Shown piece after piece: positions 63,922 through 64,000 of a stretch of 64,000 bases of DNA. The position numbers and the translations under genes are program-made. The notes beneath the pieces were generated by a model, which did no database searches, was not told where the DNA came from, and was given only the letters and a program-made list of their open reading frames with translations. Source of the DNA: Chlorokybus atmophyticus (Eukaryota; Plantae; Mesostigma and Chlorokybus algae); contig RHPI01002204.1 in assembly GCA_009103225.1 (NCBI GenBank), positions 359,810 through 423,809 on the forward strand, written 5' to 3'. How positions within the stretch are numbered: the stretch's first letter is position 1; each line of letters opens with the position of its first letter.

Positions 63922-64000
63922 TTAGGGTTAGGGTTAGGGTTAGGGTTAGGGTTAGGGTTAGGGTTAGGGTTAGGGTTAGGGTTAGGGTTAGGGTTAGGGT
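63922..64000 (+). repeat. Telomeric repeat (TTAGGG)n, right chromosome end
   Basis: About 13 perfect TTAGGG units running to the end of the window, G-rich strand 3'. Confidence 0.98.

Noticed and set aside
1-64000. tRNA or rRNA genes
   Set aside because: No complete cloverleaf or rRNA-like sequence was recognised; only a T-arm-like fragment in the TRIM.

Overview
Eukaryotic, intron-rich chromosome end, probably from a green-lineage alga (possibly an early-diverging streptophyte; the taxonomy is inferred from gene content). It ends in a (TTAGGG)n telomere. Positions ~0.6-21.2 kb are a nested transposon cluster. The outer element is a decayed Ty3/Gypsy whose pol runs protease - C5 DNA methyltransferase - RT - RNase H - integrase - PHD finger. 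A Ty1/Copia element with a half-tRNA PBS is inserted into it. That Copia is in turn split by a 6.7-kb CACTA/CMC-like DNA element (CACAC termini, 3-bp TSD) carrying a spliced SET-domain gene and a second unknown gene. A solo LTR and a 530-bp TRIM complete the cluster. After an 85-N gap come nine multi-exon host genes: HIRIP3/CHZ-like, CHI-fold fatty-acid-binding, TARBP1/Trm3, HIRA, AP-1 sigma, YJU2/CCDC94, UDP-glucose dehydrogenase, HYOU1/Grp170 and a secreted SMP-30-like beta-propeller. A pogo-type transposase remnant lies just before the telomere. The most striking signal is that a DNA methylation writer (DNMT), a histone reader (PHD) and a histone writer-like domain (SET) are all carried as transposon cargo in one nest. 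All calls come from reading motifs by eye; no database searches were run.
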